From an uncultured Atribacterota bacterium (GTDB lineage Bacteria; Atribacterota; JALVIU01): 60,227 nt of DNA. The first letter of the stretch is position 1. Each line of letters starts with the position of its first letter. Both the position numbers and the translations under genes were made by a program. The notes below the pieces were generated by a model. That model had not been told where the DNA came from and ran no database searches. It saw nothing but the letters and a program-made list of their open reading frames with translations. Shown piece by piece: positions 1 to 8,893 of this stretch. The stretch covers positions 1-60,227 of the forward strand of contig CAYWXH010000005.1 of the NCBI GenBank assembly GCA_964462295.1, read 5' to 3'.

Positions 1-151
1 ATGACGGATGGGGGCATAGACTCCTTGCAATGAACGTGAGGGGGATGTGTGGGCTCCTCGCAATGACGGGGGGTATGAAGGCTTCCCGCAATAATGGGAG
101 GCGGATGTAAGTTTATTGGGATGACAAATGGGATAGAAGAGGTTTTCGTAC
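1..151. repeat. Degenerate GC-rich tandem repeat, about five units of 28-33 nt, truncated by the window edge
   Basis: Units begin ATGAC/ATGAA/ATAAT at 1, 30, 63, 91 and 121. Three units end CCTTGCA / CCTCGCA / CCCGCA. G5-G6 runs occur in an otherwise AT-rich genome. The repeat lies immediately 3' of the miaA stop codon (152). Confidence 0.5.
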
Positions 152-1072
152 TTATAGAAAAGTCCTAATAAAATCCAAGAGCTTTTCTAATGCATCTTTT
201 TTGTCCCATGAATCAATCCAAATAGCATCTTTTTCTTTACGAAACCATATAAACTGTCTTTTGGCATAGTGTCTTGTATTTTTCTTTATTAAATATATAG
301 TATCTTCTAGAGAATACTTCCTTTCTAGATAATCTATAATCTCTTTATAGCCAATTGCAGACAGTGCATTTAAATCTTTGCTGTATCCCATATCTAATAG
401 CCTCTTTACCTCATCCACTAATCCTTTACCTATCATCTCATCCACACGTTTTTCTATATCTTGATACAAAAGAGGTCTTTCTTTGTATAGGACAAACACC
501 AAGAATCTTTTCGAAAAATCTGTATCTTCTCTCCATGTTTTAGAAAGCCTTGAAAATTTTTCTCCACTTATTTTTATAACTTCAAGTGCACGAATAATTC
601 TTTTTTTATCAGTAGGGCCTATTGTTTTGGCATATTCTGGGTCAAGGGAGAGTAATTCATGATACAAGAATTCTATTCCCTCATCTTTTGCTATATTTTC
701 AAGTGTTTCTCTTGTTTTTTTATTTTTCGGTATATTATGAAGCCCATATCTTAATGCCCTAAAATATAGACCTGTACCTCCTACTATTATGGGGATCTTA
801 CCTTTTCTAATAACTTCATTTATCTTTTCTTTGGCAAGTTTCTCATAGATCCCTGCATTAAACTCCTCATTTGGATATATAATATCTATAAGATGATATC
901 CTATACCACTTACTTCTTCTCGAGTAGGTTTTGCTGTACCTATATCCATATATTTATAAACTTGCATAGAATCACAAGATATTATTTCTCCCCCTATCTT
1001 TTTTGCAATCTCTATGCCTATAGATGTTTTTCCAGATGCAGTGGGGCCCAAAATAGCAATAATCTTATCCAT
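152..1072 (-). CDS. miaA: tRNA dimethylallyltransferase
   Basis: N-terminal P-loop ILGPTASGKTS followed by CDSMQVYKYMDIGTAKPT, the typical MiaA signature. 306 aa. Adjacent to miaB. Confidence 0.9.
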   Translation of the reverse strand: MDKIIAILGPTASGKTSIGIEIAKKIGGEIISCDSMQVYKYMDIGTAKPTREEVSGIGYHLIDIIYPNEEFNAGIYEKLAKEKINEVIRKGKIPIIVGGTGLYFRALRYGLHNIPKNKKTRETLENIAKDEGIEFLYHELLSLDPEYAKTIGPTDKKRIIRALEVIKISGEKFSRLSKTWREDTDFSKRFLVFVLYKERPLLYQDIEKRVDEMIGKGLVDEVKRLLDMGYSKDLNALSAIGYKEIIDYLERKYSLEDTIYLIKKNTRHYAKRQFIWFRKEKDAIWIDSWDKKDALEKLLDFIRTFL

Positions 1073-1077
1073 ACTAC

Positions 1078-2415
1078 TTATATCAATTCTCCCTTAAAAG
1101 TCCATCCCAATAATTCAGTAATCTTTACATTTACTATATCCCCTACCCTTAAATCACCTCTTACTATTACTATTTTATTATTTTGAGACCTTCCCTGAAA
1201 TTCATTTGTCTCTTTTGCCTTAGTAGGTTTTCCTTCTATTAATATTTTTAATTGTTTCCCTATATATGTCTTATTTACCTCTTCTGTTATCTTATTTTGC
1301 AATAAAATCAACCTTTTTATCCTATCTTTTTTTATGTCTTCAGGTATTTTATCTGGGAAATTATAAGCCCTTGTGCCTTTTCTATCTGAGTAAATAAATG
1401 TAAATGCAGAATCAAATCTTACCCTTTGGAATAAATCTAAAGTTTTTTGAAAGTCTTCTTCGGTCTCTCCAGGGAAACCTACCATTACATCTGTACTTAT
1501 ACTCACATCTGGAATAGCCCTTCGAATCTTTTCTATAAGCCTTATGTATTCCTCTCTTGTATATCTTCTATTCATTCTCCTTAATACACTGTTTGACCCT
1601 GCCTGCACAGGAAGGTGTATATATCTTGTTATATTCTTATGAGTTGCAATGACCTCTATGAGTTCATCGCTAAAATCTTTTGGGTGAGAGGTAATAAAGT
1701 TTACCCAGAGAGAAGGATATTTCTCTGCTACCATACGTAAAAGTTTTGAAAAATTTGTATTCTCTCCCTTTAAGTCATGTCCATATGAATTTACATTCTG
1801 TCCTAAAAGGGTTACTTCTTTATATCCTAAAGAAACAACTTCATCTATCTCATTTAAAATATCAATTGGTCTTCTACTTATTTCTCTTCCTCGGGTATAA
1901 GGGACTATACAGTATGTACAAAAATTATTACAACCCCTTATTATAGTTACCCATGCATTTACCCCTGTCTCTCTATATATGGGCAAACCCTCAGGGAAAT
2001 CCCTAAACTCTTTTTCTATAAAATCTCTATTGGTATGCTTACTCTCTATGCTTCTTACTACTTCCCCTATTTTATAAAGGTTAGATGTGCCTATAACAAA
2101 ATCTACAGAGGATTTTTCTTTTAAGATATCATCTTTATCCACTTGGGCCATACATCCCCCTACCCCTATTATAAAGTTCTCTTTTTCTCTTTTTATTCTA
2201 TCAAGTTTTCCTATAATACTGTAAACCTTATTTTTTACCTTTCCCCTTACAAAACATGTATTTACAAATACAAGATCAACATCTTTAGGATTGGCATCCC
2301 ATAAGATCTTATATCCTAGCTCTTTACTTAAGATCCCTGCTATATATTCTGAATCATTTTTATTCATCTGACAACCTAGTGTAATAATGAGGGCTTTTTT
2401 ATCCTTGATTATAAT
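1078..2415 (-). CDS. miaB: tRNA (i6A37) methylthiotransferase; CDS extended to a non-canonical AUU/AUA/AUC start
   Basis: Radical-SAM motif CNNFCTYCIVPYTRG and a C-terminal TRAM-like domain. The first ATG (2367) would delete the conserved ...ITLGCQMN N-terminus. The in-frame codons ATT-ATA-ATC (2415-2407) sit right after a TGA stop (2416-2418) and a GGAGG (2419-2423). Confidence 0.85.
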   Translation of the reverse strand: MIIKDKKALIITLGCQMNKNDSEYIAGILSKELGYKILWDANPKDVDLVFVNTCFVRGKVKNKVYSIIGKLDRIKREKENFIIGVGGCMAQVDKDDILKEKSSVDFVIGTSNLYKIGEVVRSIESKHTNRDFIEKEFRDFPEGLPIYRETGVNAWVTIIRGCNNFCTYCIVPYTRGREISRRPIDILNEIDEVVSLGYKEVTLLGQNVNSYGHDLKGENTNFSKLLRMVAEKYPSLWVNFITSHPKDFSDELIEVIATHKNITRYIHLPVQAGSNSVLRRMNRRYTREEYIRLIEKIRRAIPDVSISTDVMVGFPGETEEDFQKTLDLFQRVRFDSAFTFIYSDRKGTRAYNFPDKIPEDIKKDRIKRLILLQNKITEEVNKTYIGKQLKILIEGKPTKAKETNEFQGRSQNNKIVIVRGDLRVGDIVNVKITELLGWTFKGELI

Positions 2416-2426
2416 TCACCTCCTAC

Positions 2427-2455
2427 AAAAAAAGCCTACCTTCAAAAGGTAGGCT
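2427..2455 (-). terminator. Rho-independent terminator downstream of spoVS
   Basis: 10-bp stem AGCCTACCTT / AAGGTAGGCT (2433-2442 / 2446-2455) with a short loop, followed on the minus strand by a U-run (A-run 2427-2432 on plus). Confidence 0.6.
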
Positions 2456-2475
2456 TTGGTTTACTATTTTTAGGC

Positions 2476-2739
2476 TTATCTACTTGGTCTTACGATAAGC
2501 TTAATCGCAGTTCTTTCCTCTCCATCAATCTCTACATCTGTAAATGCTGGTATACAAACAAGATCGATACCACTTGGTGCTACGAATCCACGGGCAATTG
2601 CCACTGCTTTTACTGCCTGATTTAAGGCTCCTGCGCCAATTGCTTGAAGCTCTGCAGAACCTTTTTCTCTTAAAACACCTGCAAGTGCGCCTGCTACTGC
2701 ATTAGGGTTAGATTTTGAAGAAACTTTTAAAACTTCCAT
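2476..2739 (-). CDS. spoVS: SpoVS-family protein (stage V sporulation protein S-like)
   Basis: 87 aa. MEVLKVSSKSNPNAVAGALAG...AIGAGALNQAVKAVAIARGF is the characteristic SpoVS sequence. The rny-spoVS neighbourhood matches Bacillus. Confidence 0.85.
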   Translation of the reverse strand: MEVLKVSSKSNPNAVAGALAGVLREKGSAELQAIGAGALNQAVKAVAIARGFVAPSGIDLVCIPAFTDVEIDGEERTAIKLIVRPSR

Positions 2740-2836
2740 TTAATACCTCCTTAATTACTTTAATTTTTACTATCATAAGATGAATATCTAATCAACTTTC
2801 CCTGGTTTCCTCTTCCCCCCTTTTCTTTTTTGATTT

Positions 2837-4375
2837 TTACCTTACATACTCTACAAATCGCTTCTCCCTAATTACTAATACCTTTATCTGTCCAGGAAAC
2901 TGTATATTTTCCTCAATTTCTTTGGAAATTTTCCTTGCCATAGTAAGGGCTATATCATCATCTATATCTTCAGGGTCCACAATAACCCTCACCTCTCGCC
3001 CTGCCTGAATGGCATATGCCTTCTCTACTCCAGGATGAGACATGGCAATATTTTCAAGGTTTTGGAGTCTTCTTATATAATTCTCTATAGACTCCCTCCT
3101 TGCACCAGGTCTTGCTGCTGAGATAGCATCTGCCACCTGTACCAATATTGCCTCAATGGTCATGGGCTCCTCTTCTCCATGATGAGCCGCAATAGCATTT
3201 ACTACTTCTCTTGATTCACCACAGCTTTTTGCAAATTCAGCTCCAATTAGGGCATGTGCACCTTCTTTTTCCTGGCCCAATGCCTTTCCAATATCATGTA
3301 GAAGACCTGCCCTTTTTGCAAGATCTGTATCCAGACCCAATTCTTCTGCCATAATTCTTGCAAAATAGGCCACTTCCTTTGAGTGGGCAAGTACATTTTG
3401 TCCATAACTGGTGCGATACTTTAACCTTCCCAAAAGATCTATAAGCTTTGGGTGAACCCTCTTCAGACCCAGTTCAAAAACTGCCCTTTCTCCTTCTTCT
3501 TTTATTATCTCTTTTACTTCTTGCTCTGCCTTAGAAACAACCTCTTCTATCCTAGCAGGTTGGATACGGCCATCTACTATCAACCTCTCAAGGGCAATCC
3601 TTGCTATCTCTCTTCTTACTGGATCATGGCTTGATAGGGTTACTACGTCAGGATTATCATCTACCAGAAGATCTACACCCGTTCTTGCTTCAAATGCACG
3701 AATATTTCTTCCTTCTCTTCCGATGATTCTTCCCTTCATGTCTTCATTTGGCAAATCAACAGTGCTAATAGTATTTTCCGTAGTATAATCCACTGCACAC
3801 CTCTGAATAGCAGTGGCTATTATCTTTTTTGCTCTTTTATCGGCTTCTCTCTTTGCCTCATTAATCTTATCATTTATCATTTGAGCTGTTTCATGGACTA
3901 TCTCTTCTTCTACCTTCTTAAAAAGCTCTGTTTTGGCTTCTTCTTCTGTAAGACCAGTAATCCTATAGAGTTCTTCTTTTTCTTTTTCTATTAACTTTTC
4001 TAGCTCTTCCTTTTTCTCTTTTAATTTTTTTTCTCTTTCTGTAAGTTCTCGTTCTTTTTTATCAAAACTCTCTAGTCTTTTTTCAAGATTTGCCTCCCTC
4101 TTTTGAAGAAGGTGTTCCATTCTATGTAATTCATTTAATGCATGTCTATTTTTTCTTTCTAACTCCTCTTTTAATTTTAATTCTTTTGTTTTAAATTCTA
4201 TCTCTAAATTTTTCTTTAGTATCTCAGCTTCTTTTTTTGCATTATTTATGATATCTTTTGCTTCTTCTCTGAGCCTTTTAGACTTAGAGGTCTCTATTTG
4301 AGTAGAAAGAAAATAGCCCACTAACACTCCTATGATTAGTGAAATAGCTCCTATAACAATAAAGATCTTCATCAC
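2837..4375 (-). CDS. rny: Ribonuclease Y
   Basis: N-terminal TM helix, long K/E coiled coil, KH domain ([15 protein letters not shown]) and HD domain ([13 protein letters not shown]). 512 aa. Lies downstream of recA. Confidence 0.92.
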   Translation of the reverse strand: MMKIFIVIGAISLIIGVLVGYFLSTQIETSKSKRLREEAKDIINNAKKEAEILKKNLEIEFKTKELKLKEELERKNRHALNELHRMEHLLQKREANLEKRLESFDKKERELTEREKKLKEKKEELEKLIEKEKEELYRITGLTEEEAKTELFKKVEEEIVHETAQMINDKINEAKREADKRAKKIIATAIQRCAVDYTTENTISTVDLPNEDMKGRIIGREGRNIRAFEARTGVDLLVDDNPDVVTLSSHDPVRREIARIALERLIVDGRIQPARIEEVVSKAEQEVKEIIKEEGERAVFELGLKRVHPKLIDLLGRLKYRTSYGQNVLAHSKEVAYFARIMAEELGLDTDLAKRAGLLHDIGKALGQEKEGAHALIGAEFAKSCGESREVVNAIAAHHGEEEPMTIEAILVQVADAISAARPGARRESIENYIRRLQNLENIAMSHPGVEKAYAIQAGREVRVIVDPEDIDDDIALTMARKISKEIEENIQFPGQIKVLVIREKRFVEYVR

Positions 4376-4463
4376 CTCCTATATTCAATTTTCAGGGTAC
4401 GGGTCAACTTTCTTTATTTTATTTTATAACTTTTCCTCTTATAAGTCAAGGGGTTTTAAAGTT

Positions 4464-5459
4464 TTAGTTTTCCCATAGCTTTAATCTAATTTTTTCTAAT
4501 ATTTCATCTCTTATATCTGGATTTTCCCTTAAAAACATTCTTGCTGCATCTTTTCCTTGTCCAAATTTAATATCACCATAGGAGAACCAACTCCCAGATT
4601 TGTCTATTATTCCATATTTTACACCTAATGAAATTATCTCAGCCTCTTTAGATATTCCTTCTCCATAGATAATCTCTAACTCTCCCTCTTTAAATGGTGG
4701 TGCGACTTTATTTTTCACTACCTTTACCTTTACTACATTACCTAAAAGTGCATCTCCTTTCTTTATAGCCTCTCTCTTTCTTATATCTATTCTAATACTT
4801 GCATAAAACTTAAGGGCACGTCCACCTGTAGTGGTCTCTGGGTTTCCATAATAGACCCCTATCTTTTCCCTTATCTGATTTATAAATATAATAATGGATT
4901 TAGATTTACTCACAGCCCCTGTTAATTTCCTTAAGGCTTGAGACATGAGTCTTGCCTGGAGTCCCATAAAAGAATCTCCCATATTACCTTCTATCTCGTC
5001 CTTAGGAACAAGAGCCGCTACAGAGTCTATAACTACTACATCTACCGCACCACTTCTTACGAGAAGTTCCGCTATTTCCAAAGCCTGTTCCCCTGTATCA
5101 GGCTGAGAAATCAATAGATTGTTTAAATCTACCCCTATCTTTTGGGCATAAGTAGGATCAAGTGCATGTTCTGCATCGACAAATGCCGCTATTCCCCCAC
5201 TCTTTTGGGCCTCGGCTATAATATGTAGGGCCAAAGTGGTTTTACCAGAACTTTCTGGGCCAAATATCTCTACTATTCTTCCCCGTGGGATTCCTCCTAC
5301 CCCAAGTGCCCTATCGAGAATAAGACTACCTGTAGAGATGGTTTCAAGTTCCAAATTGGAAGCCCCTTCCCCCATCTTCATGATAGCCCCTTTTCCAAAT
5401 TGACGCTCAATCTGCTTAATAGCTATATCTATAGATTTGAGCTTATCTTCTTGAGCCAT
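4464..5459 (-). CDS. recA: Recombinase A
   Basis: Walker [23 protein letters not shown] and IVIDSVAAL motifs. 331 aa. Confidence 0.98.
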   Translation of the reverse strand: MAQEDKLKSIDIAIKQIERQFGKGAIMKMGEGASNLELETISTGSLILDRALGVGGIPRGRIVEIFGPESSGKTTLALHIIAEAQKSGGIAAFVDAEHALDPTYAQKIGVDLNNLLISQPDTGEQALEIAELLVRSGAVDVVVIDSVAALVPKDEIEGNMGDSFMGLQARLMSQALRKLTGAVSKSKSIIIFINQIREKIGVYYGNPETTTGGRALKFYASIRIDIRKREAIKKGDALLGNVVKVKVVKNKVAPPFKEGELEIIYGEGISKEAEIISLGVKYGIIDKSGSWFSYGDIKFGQGKDAARMFLRENPDIRDEILEKIRLKLWEN

Positions 5460-5472
5460 AAAAAACCTCCTT

Positions 5473-6036
5473 TTATTTCAGATAAAAAGTTTTTATCACT
5501 GTGTATATAGGTCCTTCTGGTTTTAATTGACTCCTCATAAGATCTATATGTGTCACAGTTTCCTTATAGTTAAACCTTGCTTCATCTATTAGTTCTTTTA
5601 AAATCTTAACTTCTCTTTCTGGGATATATTTTATCCTTCCAAAGGTAATATGTGGAAGAAAAGGCTTATCTTCTGGGAAACCTATACTTTCAAGTTTTAG
5701 GTTAAACCCTGCATAAAAATCCCTAAATATGTCTGAATAGTCACCCCCTATCCATAGCACCCTTGGTCTTCTTATACCAGGGAAAACTCCTACTTCATGA
5801 AAATCTATAGTAAATGCACCACATTCTTGGGCAAATTCTCCTATTGTATCTTCAATCTTGGGAATATCTTCCTGATTTATATCTCCAAGAAATCTAAGGG
5901 TTATATGAAAATTGTCTTTTTTTACCCATTTTATTTTACTTTTTGGTAGTGCTTCTCTAAAGCTATTTTCTATATTTTTTAACTTTTCTTTTATTGTTTC
6001 ATCTAAATTTATAGCAATAAAGCTCCTAATTTTCAA
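5473..6036 (-). CDS. thpR: RNA 2',3'-cyclic phosphodiesterase (2'-5' RNA ligase, LigT/ThpR family)
   Basis: Two H-x-T-x motifs (HITLRFLG and HITFGR) at the spacing expected for a 2H phosphoesterase. 187 aa. Confidence 0.8.
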   Translation of the reverse strand: MKIRSFIAINLDETIKEKLKNIENSFREALPKSKIKWVKKDNFHITLRFLGDINQEDIPKIEDTIGEFAQECGAFTIDFHEVGVFPGIRRPRVLWIGGDYSDIFRDFYAGFNLKLESIGFPEDKPFLPHITFGRIKYIPEREVKILKELIDEARFNYKETVTHIDLMRSQLKPEGPIYTVIKTFYLK

Positions 6037-7048
6037 TATCCTTAGCCCCCAAAAGATTATCTTCTATAAGTTCCAGGGCCTTTTCACAAGCCTTCACCCT
6101 TATACTTTCTCTATCTCCAGAAAACAGAAACTCTCTTGCATAAGTGGTCTCTCTTTTTGCAAGACCAATATAAACAAGTCCTATTGGTTTTCCCTCATCC
6201 CTTCCACTTCCTTTGGTAGGACCTGCAAGCCCTGTAATTGATATTCCAATATCAGATCCGAACATCTCTCTTACTTTCCTAGACATACCTATTGCAACTT
6301 CTTCACTTACCACCCCTTTCTCTTTTATTAAGTTCTCATCAATATTTAAAATGTTTTTCTTAATTTCTGTCATATAGCTTATTATACCACCCTTAAAAAA
6401 TAGAGAACTTCCTGGATATCTTGAAAGATAAGCACCCAAAAGCCCACCTGTACAGGATTCACATACAGATATCGTAATTCCTTTTTCTTTTAGGAGTTTG
6501 TGTACCCTTTTTAGTTTATCAAAAATTGAATCTTTTTTCAAATAATATGTATATTTTACTGTATATTCTATTCCTGAATATACAGTAAGAAAAAGGGTTA
6601 AATAGACGAGAACCCATGCATATCTATATCTTGCAATAACAGAGACGATCATAATCATCTGTATAACAGTTTTTATTTTTCCTGAGAAATGAGCAGATAC
6701 ATTAATTCTTTGCTGAGATGCAAAAATTCTAAGTCCACTTATAAAAAACTCTCTAAATATTATTAAAACCACAATCCAAGAACTAAGAAGTCCCTTCTCC
6801 ACAAGGACAACAAGGGCAGATGTTACCAAAAACTTATCTGCAATGGGATCCATAATAGCACCATAAACAGTTACGCTATTTGTTACCCGTGCTACATATC
6901 CATCCAATAGATCTGTAAATGAGGCAATAATAAATACTATAATTGCCCAAGTCTGAGAATAAGGAGAATTTGACAAAACCAAAAGCATGAAAATAGGTGT
7001 TAAAATGATTCTACTATAGGTAAGAGCCAGTGCCAAATTTATACTCAT
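6026..7048 (-). CDS. pgsA: Fusion protein: CDP-diacylglycerol--glycerol-3-phosphate 3-phosphatidyltransferase (N-terminal part) plus CinA C-terminal / PncC-type nicotinamide-nucleotide amidohydrolase domain
   Basis: Residues 1-170 are multi-TM and carry the CDP-alcohol phosphatidyltransferase motif DLLDGYVAR...GAIMDPIADK. Residues ~175-340 carry the CinA/PncC signature ISVCESCTGGLLGAYL...GISITGLAGP. One uninterrupted ORF of 340 aa. Confidence 0.8.
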   Translation of the reverse strand: MSINLALALTYSRIILTPIFMLLVLSNSPYSQTWAIIVFIIASFTDLLDGYVARVTNSVTVYGAIMDPIADKFLVTSALVVLVEKGLLSSWIVVLIIFREFFISGLRIFASQQRINVSAHFSGKIKTVIQMIMIVSVIARYRYAWVLVYLTLFLTVYSGIEYTVKYTYYLKKDSIFDKLKRVHKLLKEKGITISVCESCTGGLLGAYLSRYPGSSLFFKGGIISYMTEIKKNILNIDENLIKEKGVVSEEVAIGMSRKVREMFGSDIGISITGLAGPTKGSGRDEGKPIGLVYIGLAKRETTYAREFLFSGDRESIRVKACEKALELIEDNLLGAKDIEN

Positions 7049-8358
7049 TCTATCAAAACTCCCGATAAATCATAAGATGAAGATGAAATTATCCTGACCT
7101 TTTTAATTTTTCCCAAATCCATATCTTGAGCCTTGTAAATCTGTATTGTGCCATCTATCTCAGGTGCCTCTTTTTGACTTCTCCCTATGAAGTATTTTCC
7201 TTCTTTTTCTTCTATTAGGACCTCCTCTATCTTTCCTACTCTATCTTTATTTAAAGTATGGGTAATGCCCTCCTGTAGGGCCATGAGACTCATAAATCTT
7301 TGATTTTTTATTATTTGGGGGACTTGTTTTTCCATATTGTAGGCATAGGTACCCTCTTCTTGAGAGTATTTAAATACCCCTACCCAATGAAATTTACTCT
7401 CTTTTACAAACTCTCTCAATTCATTAAACTCATCTTCACCCTCTCCCGGAAAACCTACTATAAAAGATGTTCTTAAAGTAATATCGGGAACCTTGTTTCG
7501 AATATAGGTTAAAAGTTCTAGTATATCCTCTTTTGATCCTTTTCTTCCCATTTTTCTTAAGATTCTATTACTTATATGTTGAAGGGGTATGTCTATATAT
7601 TTACAAATTTTAGGATTTTCATTCATTATATCCAAAATTTCATATGGAAAATTAAATGGATACATATACAAAAGTCTTATCCATTTTACCTTTTCGATCT
7701 TGGAAAGTTCTATGAGAAGCTTTCCAATCATAGGTCTTCCATAAATGTCTATACCGTAAGAATTAAGGTCTTGGGCTATAAGAATTATCTCTATTCTGCC
7801 CATTTTTGTAAGATAATTTGCCTCATTTACTATATCTTCAATAGTCCTACTTCTAAATCTTCCCTTGACTTTAGGAATTATACAAAAGGTACAATTATGA
7901 TCACACCCCTCTGAAATTTTTATATAAGCAGAACCTGGTGGTGTAGATATAAGTCTCTTTCTATATTTAGAATAGAGAAATGAAGGTATATCAAAAATCT
8001 TTATTCTTTCTCCTCTTTTTACGCTAGATAGTATTTTATCAATGTTTTCCACTTGATTTATATCTAAAAATCCTGATGCCTTAGGAAATTGTTTCTCTAT
8101 CTTTTCTTTTAATCTCTGTACATGGCAACCTGCGATTATAACTTTTGCCCCTTTATAAGAAAGTGCATGTTCTATAGCATCTTCTGTCTCTCTCTGTGCA
8201 TCTTTTATAAAAGTACAGGTATTTACTATGATAAAATCTGCATCTTCTTCATTTACAGTAATTTCATACCCTGCACTATAAAGAACCCCTGCCATAACCT
8301 CACTATCTACCCTATTCTTATCACATCCAAGTGTGACAATAGCTACCTTATCTCCCAT
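7045..8358 (-). CDS. rimO: Ribosomal protein S12 (D88) methylthiotransferase
   Basis: N-terminal MTTase domain VAIVTLGCDKNRVDSE, radical-SAM motif CDHNCTFCIIPKVKG and a TRAM C-terminus. 437 aa. Confidence 0.9.
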   Translation of the reverse strand: MGDKVAIVTLGCDKNRVDSEVMAGVLYSAGYEITVNEEDADFIIVNTCTFIKDAQRETEDAIEHALSYKGAKVIIAGCHVQRLKEKIEKQFPKASGFLDINQVENIDKILSSVKRGERIKIFDIPSFLYSKYRKRLISTPPGSAYIKISEGCDHNCTFCIIPKVKGRFRSRTIEDIVNEANYLTKMGRIEIILIAQDLNSYGIDIYGRPMIGKLLIELSKIEKVKWIRLLYMYPFNFPYEILDIMNENPKICKYIDIPLQHISNRILRKMGRKGSKEDILELLTYIRNKVPDITLRTSFIVGFPGEGEDEFNELREFVKESKFHWVGVFKYSQEEGTYAYNMEKQVPQIIKNQRFMSLMALQEGITHTLNKDRVGKIEEVLIEEKEGKYFIGRSQKEAPEIDGTIQIYKAQDMDLGKIKKVRIISSSSYDLSGVLIE

Positions 8359-8359
8359 C

Positions 8360-8893
8360 CTATTTTAACGACCTCAATTTTTTCTTATAATTTTCTCTTA
8401 CATCTATTAAAAACCTCTTAACTTCTTCTAATTTATAACTCGGATAAGTCCACATAAGGTCTTCAAATTTTCCCTTTCTATACCAAAGTGTAACCTCTTC
8501 ATACAATCCCCAACCGATAGAGACCCTATGGGTCCTCCCCTTAGTGGTAGAGAGGACTAACTTATTCAAATCTACATATCCTGGATCAAGGTTATATCTT
8601 CTTTTTCTATTGGTTTTAAAAAGGTCTTCTATCTGTAGTGTAAAATATTTTACTATTTTTAAATCATCATCTTTTATAAGTTTTTCAAAAGACAAGATGG
8701 TTTTTACGATTTTATCTCCCATCTCTTCACTATAGTAAGAAGTATGAGAAAAGGGAAATTCCTTGCTTACAAGGTCTATATCTCCAAATCGCTCAACCAA
8801 TATCTCTTTTATAGGGGTAAGGTCTTTATTTTCAGGATGTAAAATGGTAATTATAAGATTAACTAGATTATTTTCTTCTAATACTTTAGCCAT
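8360..8893 (-). CDS. Conserved hypothetical protein, DUF4416-like
   Basis: 177 aa. FPFSHTSYYSEEMG ... NLDPGYVDLNKLVLSTTKGRTHRV ... WTYPSYK resembles the DUF4416 pattern as I recall it. No function known. Confidence 0.5.
   Translation of the reverse strand: MAKVLEENNLVNLIITILHPENKDLTPIKEILVERFGDIDLVSKEFPFSHTSYYSEEMGDKIVKTILSFEKLIKDDDLKIVKYFTLQIEDLFKTNRKRRYNLDPGYVDLNKLVLSTTKGRTHRVSIGWGLYEEVTLWYRKGKFEDLMWTYPSYKLEEVKRFLIDVRENYKKKLRSLK

Noticed and set aside
1-151. Possible CRISPR array or a protein-coding ORF running off the left edge
   Set aside because: The ~30-nt units are directly adjacent with no unique spacers, and they are too degenerate for CRISPR repeats. The minus-strand frame that stays open (…SLRGAHTSPSRSLQGVYAPIRH) is repeat-derived, has no start codon or ribosome-binding site, and has no family resemblance. 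I kept it as a repeat only. The true extent cannot be seen from this window.
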